This document shows positions 26,749 to 42,021 of a stretch of DNA of 64,000 nucleotides, piece after piece; the first letter of the stretch is position 1, and each line of letters begins with the position of its first letter. The translations under genes and the position numbers were made by a program. The stretch spans positions 23,870,001-23,934,000 of the forward strand of contig OZ024759.1 of NCBI GenBank assembly GCA_964016885.1. Reading direction: 5' to 3'. The DNA comes from Eledone cirrhosa. Taxonomy: Eukaryota. A model generated the notes under the pieces. The model did no database searches. It was not told the origin of the DNA and worked only from the letters and a program-made list of their open reading frames with translations.

Positions 26749-29700
26749 ATGTGCTTTAACATTTTGAGTCCAGTTTACTTCGATATATCCCTATATATCT
26801 CTATTTTCCTTTTAACGAAAAACACCATGCTGTCTGGCTATCTCTCTCCCAATCTACCTCATACTCTCTACCTCTTTTTGAGTAATCCCTTGCTTGTCTT
26901 TCAAGCAAGTTGGTCTTTATTCCTATGGACGTATAAACCTTTACACTATCTCATAACCATTCCTATATTCGTCTTTCCAAGTCATGTGCTTTAACACTTT
27001 GAGCCCAGTTTACTTCGATATATCCCTATATATCTCTATTTTCCTTTTAACGGAAAACACCTTGCTGTCTGGCTATCTCTCTCCCAATCTACCTCATACT
27101 CTCTACCTCTTTTTGAGTAATCCCTTGCTTGTCTTTCAAGCAAGTTGGTCTTTACTCCTATGGACGTATAAACCTTTACACTATCTCATAACCATTCCTA
27201 TATTCGTCTTTCCAAGTCATGTGCTTTCACACTTTGAGCCCAGTTTACTTCGATATATCCCTATATATCTCTATTTTCCTTTTAACGGAAAACACCTTGC
27301 TGTCTGGCTATCTCTCTCCCAATCTACCTCATACTCTCTACCTCTTTTTGAGTAATCCCTTGCTTGTCTTTCAAGCAAGTTGGTCTTTACTCCTATGGAC
27401 GTATAAACCTTTACACTATCTCATAACCATTCCTATATTCGTCTTTCCAAGTCATGTGCTTTCACACTTTGAGCCCAGTTTACTTCGATATATCTCTATA
27501 TATCTCTATCTTCCTTTTAACGGAAAACACCATGCTGTCTGGCTATCTCTCACCCAATCTACCTCATACTCTCTACCTCTTTTTGAGTAATCCCTTGCTT
27601 GTCTTTCAAGCAAGTTGGTCTTTACTCCTATGGACGTATAAACCTTTACACTATCTCATAACCATTCCTATATTCGTCTTTCCAAGTCATGTGCTTTAAC
27701 ACTTTGATCCCAGTTTACTTCGATATATCTCTATATATCTCTATCTTCCTTTTAACGGAAAACAACTTGCTGTCTGGCTATCTCTCTCCCATTCTACCTC
27801 ATACTCTCTACCTCTTTTTGAGTAATCCCTTGCTTGTCTTTCAAGCAAGTTGGTCTTTACTCCTATGGACGTATAAACCTTTACACTATCTCATAACCAT
27901 TCCTATATTCATCTTTCCAACTCATGTGCTTTAACATTTTGAGCCCAGTTTACTTCGATATATCCCTATATATCTCTATTTTCTTTTTAACGAAAAACAC
28001 CATGCTGTCTGGCTATCTCTCTCCCAATCTACCACATACTCTCTACCACTTTTGGAGTAATCCCTTGCTTGTCTTTCAAGCAAGTTGGTCTTTACTCCTA
28101 TGGACGTATAAACCTTTACACTATCTCATAACCATTCCTATATTCGTCTTTCCAAGTCATGTGCTTTAACACTTTGAGCCCAGTTTAATTCGATATATCC
28201 CTATATATCTCTATTTTCCTTTTAACGGAAAACACCTTGCTGTCTGGCTATCTCTCTCCCAATCTACCTCATACTCTCTACCTCTTTTTGAGTAATCCCT
28301 TGCTTGTCTTTCAAGCAAGTTGGTCTTTACTCCTATGGACGTATAAACCTTTACACTATCTCATAACCATTCCTATATTCGTCTTTCCAAGTCATGTGCT
28401 TTCACACTTTGACCCCAGTTTACTTCGATATATCTCTATATATCTCTATCTTCCTTTTAACGGAAAACACCATGCTGTCTGGCTATCTCTCACCCAATCT
28501 ACCTCATACTCTCTACCTCTTTTTGAGTTATCCCTTGCTTGTCTTTCAAGCAAGTTGGTCTTTACTCCTATGGACGTATAAACCTTTACACTATCTCATA
28601 ACCATTCCTATATTCGTCTTTCCAAGTCATGTGCTTTCACACTTTGAGCCCAGTTTACTTCGATATATCTCTATATATCTCTATCTTCCTTTTAACGAAA
28701 AACACCATGCTGTCTGGCTATCTCTCTCCCAATCTACCACATACTCTCTACCACTTTTGGAGTAATCCCTTGCTTGTCTTTCAAGCAAGTTGGTCTTTAC
28801 TCCTATGGACGTATAAACCTTTACACTATCTCATAACCATTCCTATATTCGTATTTCCAAGTCATGTGCTTTAACATTTTGAGCCCAGTTTACTTCGATA
28901 TATCCCTATATATCTCTATTTTCCTTTTAACGGAAAACACCATGCTGTCTGGCTATCTCTCTCCCAATCTACCTCATACTGTCTACCTCTTTTTGAGTAA
29001 TCCCTTGCTTGTCTTTCAAGCAAGTTGGTCTTTACTCCTATGGACGTATAAACCTTTACACTATCTCATAACCATTCCTATATTCGTCTTTCCAAGTCAT
29101 GTGCTTTAACACTTTGAGCCCAGTTTACTTCGATATATCTCTATATATCTCTATTTTCCTTTTAACGGAAAACACCATATTGTCTGGCTATCTCTCTCCC
29201 AATCTACCTCATACTCTCTACCTCTTTTTGAGTAATCCCTTGCTTGTCTTTCAAGCAAGTTGGTCTTTACTCCTATGGACGTATAAACCTTTACACTATC
29301 TCATAACCATTCCTATATTCGTCTTTCCAAGTCATGTGCTTTAACACTTTGAGCCCAGTTTACTTCGATATATCTCTATATATCTCTATTTTCCTTTTAA
29401 CGTAAAACACCATGCTGTCTGGCTATCTCTCTCCCAATCTACCTCATACTCTCTAGCTCTTTTTGAGTAATCCCTTGCTTATCTATCAAGCAAGTTGGTC
29501 TTTACTCCTATGGACGTATAAACCTTTACACTATCTCATATCCATTCCTATATTCGTCTTTGCAAGTCATGTGCATTAACACTTTGAGCCCAGTTTACTT
29601 CGATATATCTCTATATATCTCTATTTTCCTTTTAACGAAAAACACCATGCTGTCTGGCTATCTCTCTCCCAATCTACCTCATACTCTCTACCTCTTTTTG

Positions 29701-32700
29701 AGTAATCCCTTGCTTGTCTTTCAAGCAAGTTGGTCTTTACTCCTATGGACGTATAAACCTTTACACTATCTCATAACCATTCCTATATTCATCTTTCCAA
29801 GTCATGTGCTTTAACATTTTGAGCCCAGTTTACTTCGATATATCCCTATATATCTCTATTTTCCTTTTAACGAAAAACACCATGCTGTCTGGCTATCTCT
29901 CTCCCAATCTACCACATACTCTCTACCTCTTTTTGAGTAATCCCTTGCTTGTCTTTCAAGCAAGTTGGTCTTTACTCCTATGGACGTATAAACCTTTACA
30001 CTATCTCATAACCATTCCTATATTCGTCTTTCCAAGTCATGTGCTTTAACACTTTGAGCCCAGTTTACTTCGATATATCCCTATATATCTCTATTTTCCT
30101 TTTAACGGAAAACACCTTGCTGTCTGGCTATCTCTCTCCCAATCTACCTCATACTCTCTACCTCTTTTTGAGTAATCCCTTGCTTGTCTTTCAAGCAAGT
30201 TGGTCTTTACTCCTATGGACGTATAAACCTTTACACTATCTCATAACCATTCCTATATTCGTCTTTCCAAGTCATGTGCTTTCACACTTTGAGCCCAGTT
30301 TACTTCGATATATCTCTATATATCTCTATCTTCCTTTTAACGGAAAACACCATGCTGTCTGGCTATCTCTCACCCAATCTACCTCATACTCTCTACCTCT
30401 TTTTGAGTAATCCCTTGCTTGTCTTTCAAGCAAGTTGGTCTTTACTCCTATGGACGTATAAACCTTTACACTATCTCATAACCATTCCTATATTCATCTT
30501 TCCAAGTCATGTGCTTTAACATTTTGAGTCCAGTTTACTTCGATATATCCCTATATATCTCTATTTTCCTTTTAACGAAAAACACCATGCTGTCTGGCTA
30601 TCTCTCTCCCAATCTACCTCATACTCTCTACCTCTTTTTGAGTAATCCCTTGCTTGTCTTTCAAGCAAGTTGGTCTTTATTCCTATGGACGTATAAACCT
30701 TTACACTATCTCATAACCATTCCTATATTCGTCTTTCCAAGTCATGTGCTTTAACACTTTGAGCCCAGTTTACTTCGATATATCCCTATATATCTCTATT
30801 TTCCTTTTAACGGAAAACACCTTGCTGTCTGGCTATCTCTCTCCCAATCTACCTCATACTCTCTACCTCTTTTTGAGTAATCCCTTGCTTGTCTTTCAAG
30901 CAAGTTGGTCTTTACTCCTATGGACGTATAAACCTTTACACTATCTCATAACCATTCCTATATTCGTCTTTCCAAGTCATGTGCTTTCACACTTTGAGCC
31001 CAGTTTACTTCGATATATCCCTATATATCTCTATTTTCCTTTTAACGGAAAACACCTTGCTGTCTGGCTATCTCTCTCCCAATCTACCTCATACTCTCTA
31101 CCTCTTTTTGAGTAATCCCTTGCTTGTCTTTCAAGCAAGTTGGTCTTTACTCCTATGGACGTATAAACCTTTACACTATCTCATAACCATTCCTATATTC
31201 GTCTTTCCAAGTCATGTGCTTTCACACTTTGAGCCCAGTTTACTTCGATATATCTCTATATATCTCTATCTTCCTTTTAACGGAAAACACCATGCTGTCT
31301 GGCTATCTCTCACCCAATCTACCTCATACTCTCTACCTCTTTTTGAGTAATCCCTTGCTTGTCTTTCAAGCAAGTTGGTCTTTACTCCTATGGACGTATA
31401 AACCTTTACACTATCTCATAACCATTCCTATATTCGTCTTTCCAAGTCATGTGCTTTAACACTTTGATCCCAGTTTACTTCGATATATCTCTATATATCT
31501 CTATCTTCCTTTTAACGGAAAACAACTTGCTGTCTGGCTATCTCTCTCCCATTCTACCTCATACTCTCTACCTCTTTTTGAGTAATCCCTTGCTTGTCTT
31601 TCAAGCAAGTTGGTCTTTACTCCTATGGACGTATAAACCTTTACACTATCTCATAACCATTCCTATATTCATCTTTCCAACTCATGTGCTTTAACATTTT
31701 GAGCCCAGTTTACTTCGATATATCCCTATATATCTCTATTTTCTTTTTAACGAAAAACACCATGCTGTCTGGCTATCTCTCTCCCAATCTACCACATACT
31801 CTCTACCACTTTTGGAGTAATCCCTTGCTTGTCTTTCAAGCAAGTTGGTCTTTACTCCTATGGACGTATAAACCTTTACACTATCTCATAACCATTCCTA
31901 TATTCGTCTTTCCAAGTCATGTGCTTTAACACTTTGAGCCCAGTTTAATTCGATATATCCCTATATATCTCTATTTTCCTTTTAACGGAAAACACCTTGC
32001 TGTCTGGCTATCTCTCTCCCAATCTACCTCATACTCTCTACCTCTTTTTGAGTAATCCCTTGCTTGTCTTTCAAGCAAGTTGGTCTTTACTCCTATGGAC
32101 GTATAAACCTTTACACTATCTCATAACCATTCCTATATTCGTCTTTCCAAGTCATGTGCTTTCACACTTTGAGCCCAGTTTACTTCGATATATCTCTATA
32201 TATCTCTATCTTCCTTTTAACGGAAAACACCATGCTGTCTGGCTATCTCTCACCCAATCTACCTCATACTCTCTACCTCTTTTTGAGTTATCCCTTGCTT
32301 GTCTTTCAAGCAAGTTGGTCTTTACTCCTATGGACGTATAAACCTTTACACTATCTCATAACCATTCCTATATTCGTCTTTCCAAGTCATGTGCTTTAAC
32401 ACTTTGATCCCAGTTTACTTCGACATATCTCTATATATCTCTATCTTCCTTTTAACGGAAAACAACTTGCTGTCTGGCTATCTCTCTCCCATTCTACCTC
32501 ATACTCTCTACCTCTTTTTGAGTAATCCCTTGCTTGTCTTTCAAGCAAGTTGGTCTTTACTCCTATGGACGTATAAACCTTTACACTATCTCATAACCAT
32601 TCCTATATTCGTATTTCCAAGTCATGTGCTTTAACATTTTGAGCCCAGTTTACTTCGATATATCCCTATATATCTCTATTTTCCTTTTAACGGAAAACAC

Positions 32701-35700
32701 CATGCTGTCTGGCTATCTCTCTCCCAATCTACCTCATACTGTCTACCTCTTTTTGAGTAATCCCTTGCTTGTCTTTCAAGCAAGTTGGTCTTTACTCCTA
32801 TGGACGTATAAACCATTACACTATCTCATAACCATTCCTATATTCGTCTTTCCAAGTCATGTGCTTTAACACTTTGAGCCCAGTTTACTTCGATATATCT
32901 CTATATATCTCTATTTTCCTTTTAACGGAAAACACCATGTTGTCTGGCTATCTCTCTCCCAATCTACCTCATACTCTCTACCTCTTTTTGAGTAATCCCT
33001 TGCTTGTCTTTCAAGCAAGTTGGTCTTTACTCCTATGGACGTATAAACCTTTACACTATCTCATAACCATTCCTATATTCGTCTTTCCAAGTCATGTGCT
33101 TTAACACTTTGAGCCCAGTTTACTTCGATATATCTCTATATATCTCTATTTTCCTTTTAACGGAAAACACCATGCTGTCTGGCTATCTCTCTCCCAATCT
33201 ACCTCATACTCTCTACCTCTTTTTGAGTAATCCCTTGCTTGTCTTTCAAGCAAGTTGGTCTTTACTCCTATGGACGTATAAACCTTTACACTATCTCATA
33301 ACCATTCCTATATTCGTCTTTCCAAGTCATGTGCTTTCACACTTTGAGCCCAGTTTACTTCGATATATCTCTATATATCTCTATCTTCCTTTTAACGGAA
33401 AACACCATGCTGTCTGGCTATCTCTCACCCAATCTACCTCATACTCTCTACCTCTTTTTGAGTAATCCCTTGCTTGTCTTTCAAGCAAGTTGGTCTTTAC
33501 TCCTATGGACGTATAAACCTTTACACTATCTCATAACCATTCCTATATTCATCTTTCCAAGTCATGTGCTTTAACATTTTGAGTCCAGTTTACTTCGATA
33601 TATCCCTATATATCTCTATTTTCCTTTTAACGAAAAACACCATGCTGTCTGGCTATCTCTCTCCCAATCTACCTCATACTCTCTACCTCTTTTTGAGTAA
33701 TCCCTTGCTTGTCTTTCAAGCAAGTTGGTCTTTATTCCTATGGACGTATAAACCTTTACACTATCTCATAACCATTCCTATATTCGTCTTTCCAAGTCAT
33801 GTGCTTTAACACTTTGAGCCCAGTTTACTTCGATATATCCCTATATATCTCTATTTTCCTTTTAACGGAAAACACCTTGCTGTCTGGCTATCTCTCTCCC
33901 AATCTACCTCATACTCTCTACCTCTTTTTGAGTAATCCCTTGCTTGTCTTTCAAGCAAGTTGGTCTTTACTCCTATGGACGTATAAACCTTTACACTATC
34001 TCATAACCATTCCTATATTCGTCTTTCCAAGTCATGTGCTTTCACACTTTGAGCCCAGTTTACTTCGATATATCCCTATATATCTCTATTTTCCTTTTAA
34101 CGGAAAACACCTTGCTGTCTGGCTATCTCTCTCCCAATCTACCTCATACTCTCTACCTCTTTTTGAGTAATCCCTTGCTTGTCTTTCAAGCAAGTTGGTC
34201 TTTACTCCTATGGACGTATAAACCTTTACACTATCTCATAACCATTCCTATATTCGTCTTTCCAAGTCATGTGCTTTCACACTTTGAGCCCAGTTTACTT
34301 CGATATATCTCTATATATCTCTATCTTCCTTTTAACGGAAAACACCATGCTGTCTGGCTATCTCTCACCCAATCTACCTCATACTCTCTACCTCTTTTTG
34401 AGTAATCCCTTGCTTGTCTTTCAAGCAAGTTGGTCTTTACTCCTATGGACGTATAAACCTTTACACTATCTCATAACCATTCCTATATTCGTCTTTCCAA
34501 GTCATGTGCTTTAACACTTTGATCCCAGTTTACTTCGATATATCTCTATATATCTCTATCTTCCTTTTAACGGAAAACAACTTGCTGTCTGGCTATCTCT
34601 CTCCCATTCTACCTCATACTCTCTACCTCTTTTTGAGTAATCCCTTGCTTGTCTTTCAAGCAAGTTGGTCTTTACTCCTATGGACGTATAAACCTTTACA
34701 CTATCTCATAACCATTCCTATATTCATCTTTCCAACTCATGTGCTTTAACATTTTGAGCCCAGTTTACTTCGATATATCCCTATATATCTCTATTTTCTT
34801 TTTAACGAAAAACACCATGCTGTCTGGCTATCTCTCTCCCAATCTACCACATACTCTCTACCACTTTTGGAGTAATCCCTTGCTTGTCTTTCAAGCAAGT
34901 TGGTCTTTACTCCTATGGACGTATAAACCTTTACACTATCTCATAACCATTCCTATATTCGTCTTTCCAAGTCATGTGCTTTAACACTTTGAGCCCAGTT
35001 TAATTCGATATATCCCTATATATCTCTATTTTCCTTTTAACGGAAAACACCTTGCTGTCTGGCTATCTCTCTCCCAATCTACCTCATACTCTCTACCTCT
35101 TTTTGAGTAATCCCTTGCTTGTCTTTCAAGCAAGTTGGTCTTTACTCCTATGGACGTATAAACCTTTACACTATCTCATAACCATTCCTATATTCGTCTT
35201 TCCAAGTCATGTGCTTTCACACTTTGAGCCCAGTTTACTTCGATATATCTCTATATATCTCTATCTTCCTTTTAACGGAAAACACCATGCTGTCTGGCTA
35301 TCTCTCACCCAATCTACCTCATACTCTCTACCTCTTTTTGAGTTATCCCTTGCTTGTCTTTCAAGCAAGTTGGTCTTTACTCCTATGGACGTATAAACCT
35401 TTACACTATCTCATAACCATTCCTATATTCGTCTTTCCAAGTCATGTGCTTTAACACTTTGATCCCAGTTTACTTCGACATATCTCTATATATCTCTATC
35501 TTCCTTTTAACGGAAAACAACTTGCTGTCTGGCTATCTCTCTCCCATTCTACCTCATACTCTCTACCTCTTTTTGAGTAATCCCTTGCTTGTCTTTCAAG
35601 CAAGTTGGTCTTTACTCCTATGGACGTATAAACCTTTACACTATCTCATAACCATTCCTATATTCGTATTTCCAAGTCATGTGCTTTAACATTTTGAGCC

Positions 35701-36148
35701 CAGTTTACTTCGATATATCCCTATATATCTCTATTTTCCTTTTAACGGAAAACACCATGCTGTCTGGCTATCTCTCTCCCAATCTACCTCATACTGTCTA
35801 CCTCTTTTTGAGTAATCCCTTGCTTGTCTTTCAAGCAAGTTGGTCTTTACTCCTATGGACGTATAAACCATTACACTATCTCATAACCATTCCTATATTC
35901 GTCTTTCCAAGTCATGTGCTTTAACACTTTGAGCCCAGTTTACTTCGATATATCTCTATATATCTCTATTTTCCTTTTAACGGAAAACACCATGTTGTCT
36001 GGCTATCTCTCTCCCAATCTACCTCATACTCTCTACCTCTTTTTGAGTAATCCCTTGCTTGTCTTTCAAGCAAGTTGGTCTTTACTCCTATGGACGTATA
36101 AACCTTTACACTATCTCATAACCATTCCTATATTCGTCTTTCCAAGTC
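26749..36148. repeat. 8-monomer core in three copies (26749, 30509, 33564), including a near-perfect duplication at a 13-monomer (3055 bp) offset
   Basis: The ordered markers GAGTCC/TTTATTCC, CACTTTTGGAG, GTTTAATTCG and GAGTTATCC are shared by all three copies. 30274-33093 matches 33329-36148 at the markers I checked, including TTCGACAT in the monomers at 32389 and 35444. Confidence 0.9.
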
Positions 36149-37323
36149 ATGTGCTTTAACACTTTGAGCCCAGTTTACTTCGATATATCTCTATATATCT
36201 CTATTTTCCTTTTAACGGAAAACACCATGCTGTCCGGCTATCTCTCTCCCAATCTACCTCATACTCTCTAGCTCTTTTTGAGTAATCCCTTGCTTATCTA
36301 TCAAGCAAGTTGGTCTTTACTCCTATGGACGTATAAACCTTTACACTATCTCATAACCATTCCTATATTCGTCTTTGCAAGTCATGTGCATTAACACTTT
36401 GAGCCCAGTTTACTTCGATATATCTCTATATATCTCTATTTTCCTTTTAACGAAAAACACCATGCTGTCTGGCTATCTCTCTCCCAATCTACCTCATACT
36501 CTCTACCTCTTTTTGAGTAATCCCTTGCTTGTCTTTCAAGCAAGTTGGTCTTTACTCCTATGGACGTATAAACCTTTACACTATCTCATAACCATTCCTA
36601 TATTCATCTTTCCAAGTCATGTGCTTTAACATTTTGAGCCCAGTTTACTTCGATATATCCCTATATATCTCTATTTTCCTTTTAACGAAAAACACCATGC
36701 TGTCTGGCTATCTCTCTTCCAATCTACCTCATACTCTCTACCTCTTTTTGAGTAATCCCTTGCTTGTCTTTCAAGCAAGTTGGTCTTTATTCCTATGGAC
36801 GTATAAACCTTTACACTATCACATAACCATTCCTATATTCGTCTTTCCAAGTCATGTGCTTTAACACTTTGAGCCCAGTTTACTTCGATATATCCCTATA
36901 TATCTCTATTTTCCATTTAACGGAAAACACCTTGCTGTCTGGCTATCTCTCTCCCAATCTACCTCATACTCTCTACCTCTTTTTGAGTAATCCCTTGCTT
37001 GTCTTTCAAGCAAGTTGGTCTTTACTCCTATGGACGTATAAACCTTTACACTATCTCATAACCATTCCTATATTCGTCTTTCCAAGTCATGTGCTTTCAC
37101 ACTTTGAGCCCAGTTTACTTCGATATATCTCTATATATCTCTATCTTCCTTTTAACGGAAAACACCATGCTGTCTGGCTATCTCTCACCCAATCTACCTC
37201 ATACTCTCTACCTCTTTTTGAGTAATCCCTTGCTTGTCTTTCAAGCAAGTTGGTCTTTACTCCTATGGACGTATAAACCTTTACACTATCTCATAACCAT
37301 TCCTATATTCGTCTTTCCAAGTC

Positions 37324-38733
37324 ATGTGCTTTAACACTTTGATCCCAGTTTACTTCGATATATCTCTATATATCTCTATCTTCCTTTTAACGGAAAACAA
37401 CTTGCTGTCTGGCTATCTCTCTCCCATTCTACCTCATACTCTCTACCTCTTTTTGAGTAATCCCTTGCTTGTCTTTCAAGCAAGTTGGTCTTTACTCCTA
37501 TGGACGTATAAACCTTTACACTATCTCATAACCATTCCTATATTCATCTTTCCAACTCATGTGCTTTAACATTTTGAGCCCAGTTTACTTCGATATATCC
37601 CTATATATCTCTATTTTCTTTTTAACGAAAAACACCATGCTGTCTGGCTATCTCTCTCCCAATCTACCACATACTCTCTACCTCTTTTTGAGTAATCCCT
37701 TGCTTGTCTTTCAAGCAAGTTGGTCTTTACTCCTATGGACGTATAAACCTTTACACTATCTCATAACCATTCCTATATTCGTCTTTCCAAGTCATGTGCT
37801 TTAACACTTTGAGCCCAGTTTAATTCGATATATCCCTATATATCTCTATTTTCCTTTTAACGGAAAACACCTTGCTGTCTGGCTATCTCTCTCCCAATCT
37901 ACCTCATACTCTCTACCTCTTTTTGAGTAATCCCTTGCTTGTCTTTCAAGCAAGTTGGTCTTTACTCCTATGGACGTATAAACCTTTACACTATCTCATA
38001 ACCATTCCTATATTCGTCTTTCCAAGTCATGTGCTTTAACACTTTGATCCCAGTTTACTTCGATATATCTCTATATATCTCTATCTTCCTTTTAACGGAA
38101 AACAACTTGCTGTCTGGCTATCTCTCTCCCATTCTACCTCATACTCTCTACCTCTTTTTGAGTAATCCCTTGCTTGTCTTTCAAGCAAGTTGGTCTTTAC
38201 TCCTATGGACGTATAAACCTTTACACTATCTCATAACCATTCCTATATTCATCTTTCCAACTCATGTGCTTTAACATTTTGAGCCCAGTTTACTTCGATA
38301 TATCCCTATATATCTCTATTTTCTTTTTAACGAAAAACACCATGCTGTCTGGCTATCTCTCTCCCAATCTACCACATACTCTCTACCTCTTTTTGAGTAA
38401 TCCCTTGCTTGTCTTTCAAGCAAGTTGGTCTTTACTCCTATGGACGTATAAACCTTTACACTATCTCATAACCATTCCTATATTCGTCTTTCCAAGTCAT
38501 GTGCTTTAACACTTTGAGCCCAGTTTAATTCGATATATCCCTATATATCTCTATTTTCCTTTTAACGGAAAACACCTTGCTGTCTGGCTATCTCTCTCCC
38601 AATCTACCTCATACTCTCTACCTCTTTTTGAGTAATCCCTTGCTTGTCTTTCAAGCAAGTTGGTCTTTACTCCTATGGACGTATAAACCTTTACACTATC
38701 TCATAACCATTCCTATATTCGTCTTTCCAAGTC
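37324..38733. repeat. Tandem trimer duplication (705 bp x2)
   Basis: Monomers at 37324/37559/37794 repeat at 38029/38264/38499 (CCAACTC, TTCTTTTT and GTTTAATTCG markers). Confidence 0.88.
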
Positions 38734-41700
38734 ATGTGCTTTAACACTTTGATCCCAGTTTACTTCGATATATCTCTATATATCTCTATCTTCCTTTTAA
38801 CGGAAAACAACTTGCTGTCTGGCTATCTCTCTCCCATTCTACCTCATACTCTCTACCACTTTTTGAGTAATCCCTTGCTTGTCTTTCAAGCAAGTTGGTC
38901 TTTACTCCTATGGACGTATAAACCTTTACACTATCTCATAACCATTCCTATATTCGTCTTTCCAAGTCATGTGCTTTAACACTTTGATCCCAGTTTACTT
39001 CGACATATCTCTATATATCTCTATCTTCCTTTTAACGGAAAACAACTTGCTGTCTGGCTATCTCTCTCCCATTCTACCTCATACTCTCTACCTCTTTTTG
39101 AGTAATCCCTTGCTTGTCTTTCAAGCAAGTTGGTCTTTACTCCTATGGACGTATAAACCATTACACTATCTCATAACCATTCCTATATTCGCCTTTCCAA
39201 GTCATGTGCTTTAACACTTTGAGCCCAGTTTACTTCGATATATCTCTATATATCTCTATTTTCCTTTTAACGGAAAACACCATGTTGTCTGGCTATCTCT
39301 CTCCCAATCTACCTCATACTCTCTACCTCTTTTTGAGTAATCCCTTGCTTGTCTTTCAAGCAAGTTGGTCTTTACTCCTATGGACGTATAAACCTTTACA
39401 CTATCTCATAACCATTCCTATATTCGTCTTTCCAAGTCATGTGCTTTAACACTTTGAGCCCAGTTTACTTCGATATATCTCTATATATCTCTATTTTCCT
39501 TTTAACGGAAAACACCATGCTGTCTGGCTATCTCTCTCCCAATCTACCTCATACTCTCTAGCTCTTTTTGAGTAATCCCTTGCTTATCTATCAAGTAAGT
39601 TGGTCTTTACTCCTATGGACGTATAAACCTTTACACTATCTCATAACCATTCCTATATTCGTCTTTGCAAGTCATGTGCATTAACACTTTGGGCCCAGTT
39701 TACTTCGATATATCTCTATATATCTCTATTTTCCTTTTAACGAAAAAAACCATGCTGTCTGGCTATCTCTCTCCCAATCTACCTCATACTCTCTACCTCT
39801 TTTTGAGTAATCCCTTGCTTGTCTTTCAAGCAAGTTGGTCTTTACTCCTATGGACGTATAAACCTTTACACTATCTCATAACCATTCCTATATTCATCTT
39901 TCCAAGTCATGTGCTTTAACATTTTGAGCCCAGTTTACTTCGATATATCCCTATATATCTCTATTTTCCTTTTAACGAAAAACACCATGCTGTCTGGCTA
40001 TCTCTCTCCCAATCTACCACATATCTCTACCTCTTTTTGAGTAATCCCTTGCTTGTCTTTCAAGCAAGTTGGTCTTTATTCCTATGGACGTATAAACCTT
40101 TACACTATCTCATAACCATTCCTATATTCGTCTTTCCAAGTCATGTGCTTTAACACTTTGAGCCCAGTTTACTTCGATATATCCCTATATATCTCTATTT
40201 TCCTTTTAACGGAAAACACCTTGCTGTCTGGCTACTCTCTCCCAATCTACCTCATACTCTCTACCTCTTTTTGAGTAATCCCTTGCTTGTCTTTCAAGCA
40301 AGTTGGTCTTTACTCCTATGGACGTATAAACCTTTACACTATCTCATAACCATTCCTATATTCGTCTTTCCAAGTCATGTGCTTTCACACTTTGAGCCCA
40401 GTTTACTTCGATATATCCCTATATATCTCTATTTTCCTTTTAACGGAAAACAACTTGCTGTCTGGCTATCTCTCTCCCATTCTACCTCATACTCTCTACC
40501 TCTTTTTGAGTAATCCCTTGCTTGTCTTTCAAGCAAGTTGGTCTTTACTCCTATGGACGTATAAACCTTTACACTATCTCATAACCATTCCTATATTCGT
40601 CTTTCCAAGTCATGTGCTTTCACACTTTGAGCCCAGTTTACTTCGATATATCTCTATATATCTCTATCTTCCTTTTAACGGAAAACACCATGCTGTCTGG
40701 CTATCTCTCACCCAATCTACCTCATACTCTCTACCTCTTTTTGAGTAATCCCTTGCTTGTCTTTCAAGCAAGTTGGTCTTTACTCCTATGGACGTATAAA
40801 CATTTACACTATCTCATAACCATTCCTATATTCGTCTTTCCAAGTCATGTGCTTTAACACTTTGATCCCAGTTTACTTCGATATATCTCTATATATCTCT
40901 ATCTTCCTTTTAACGGAAAACAACTTGCTGTCTGGCTATCTCTCTCCCATTCTACCTCATACTCTCTACCTCTTTTTGAGTAATCCCTTGCTTGTCTTTC
41001 AAGCAAGTTGGTCTTTACTCCTATGGACGTATAAACCTTTACACTATCTCATAACCATTCCTATATTCGTATTTCCAAGTCATGTGCTTTAACATTTTGA
41101 GCCCAGTTTACTTCGATATATCTCTATATATCTCTATTTTCCTTTTAACGGAAAACACCATGTTGTCTGGCTATCTCTCTCCCAATCTACCTCATACTCT
41201 CTACCTCTTTTTGAGTAATCCCTTGCTTGTCTTTCAAGCAAGTTGGTCTTTACTCCCATGGACGTATAAACCTTTACACTATCTCATAACCATTCCTATA
41301 TTCGTCTTTCCAAGTCATGTGCTTTCACACTTTGAGCCCAGTTTACTTCGATATATCCCTATATATCTCTATTTTCCTTTTAACGGAAAACAACTTGCTG
41401 TCTGGCTATCTCTCTCCCATTCTACCTCATACTCTCTACCTCTTTTTGAGTAATCCCTTGCTTGTCTTTCAAGCAAGTTGTTCTTTACTCCTATGGACGT
41501 ATAAACCTTTACACTATCTCATAACCATTCCTATATTCATCTTTCCAACTCATGTGCTTTAACATTTTGAGCCCAGTTTACTTCGATATATCCCTATATA
41601 TCTCTATTTTCTTTTTAACGAAAAACACCATGCTGTCTGGCTATCTCTCTCCCAATCTACCACATACTCTCTACCTCTTTTTGAGTAATCCCTTGCTTGT

Positions 41701-42021
41701 CTTACAAGCAAGTTGGTCTTTACTCCTATGGACGTATAAACCTTTACACTATCTCATAACCATTCCTATATTCGTCTTTCCAAGTCATGTGCTTTAACAC
41801 TTTGAGCCCAGTTTAATTCGATATATCCCTATATATCTCTATTTTCCTTTTAACGGAAAACACCTTGCTGTCTGGCTATCTCTCTCCCAATCTACCTCAT
41901 ACTCTCTACCTCTTTTTGAGTAATCCCTTGCTTGTCTTTCAAGCAAGTTGGTCTTTACTCCTATGGACGTATAAACCTTTACACTATCTCATAACCATTC
42001 CTATATTCGTCTTTCCAAGTC

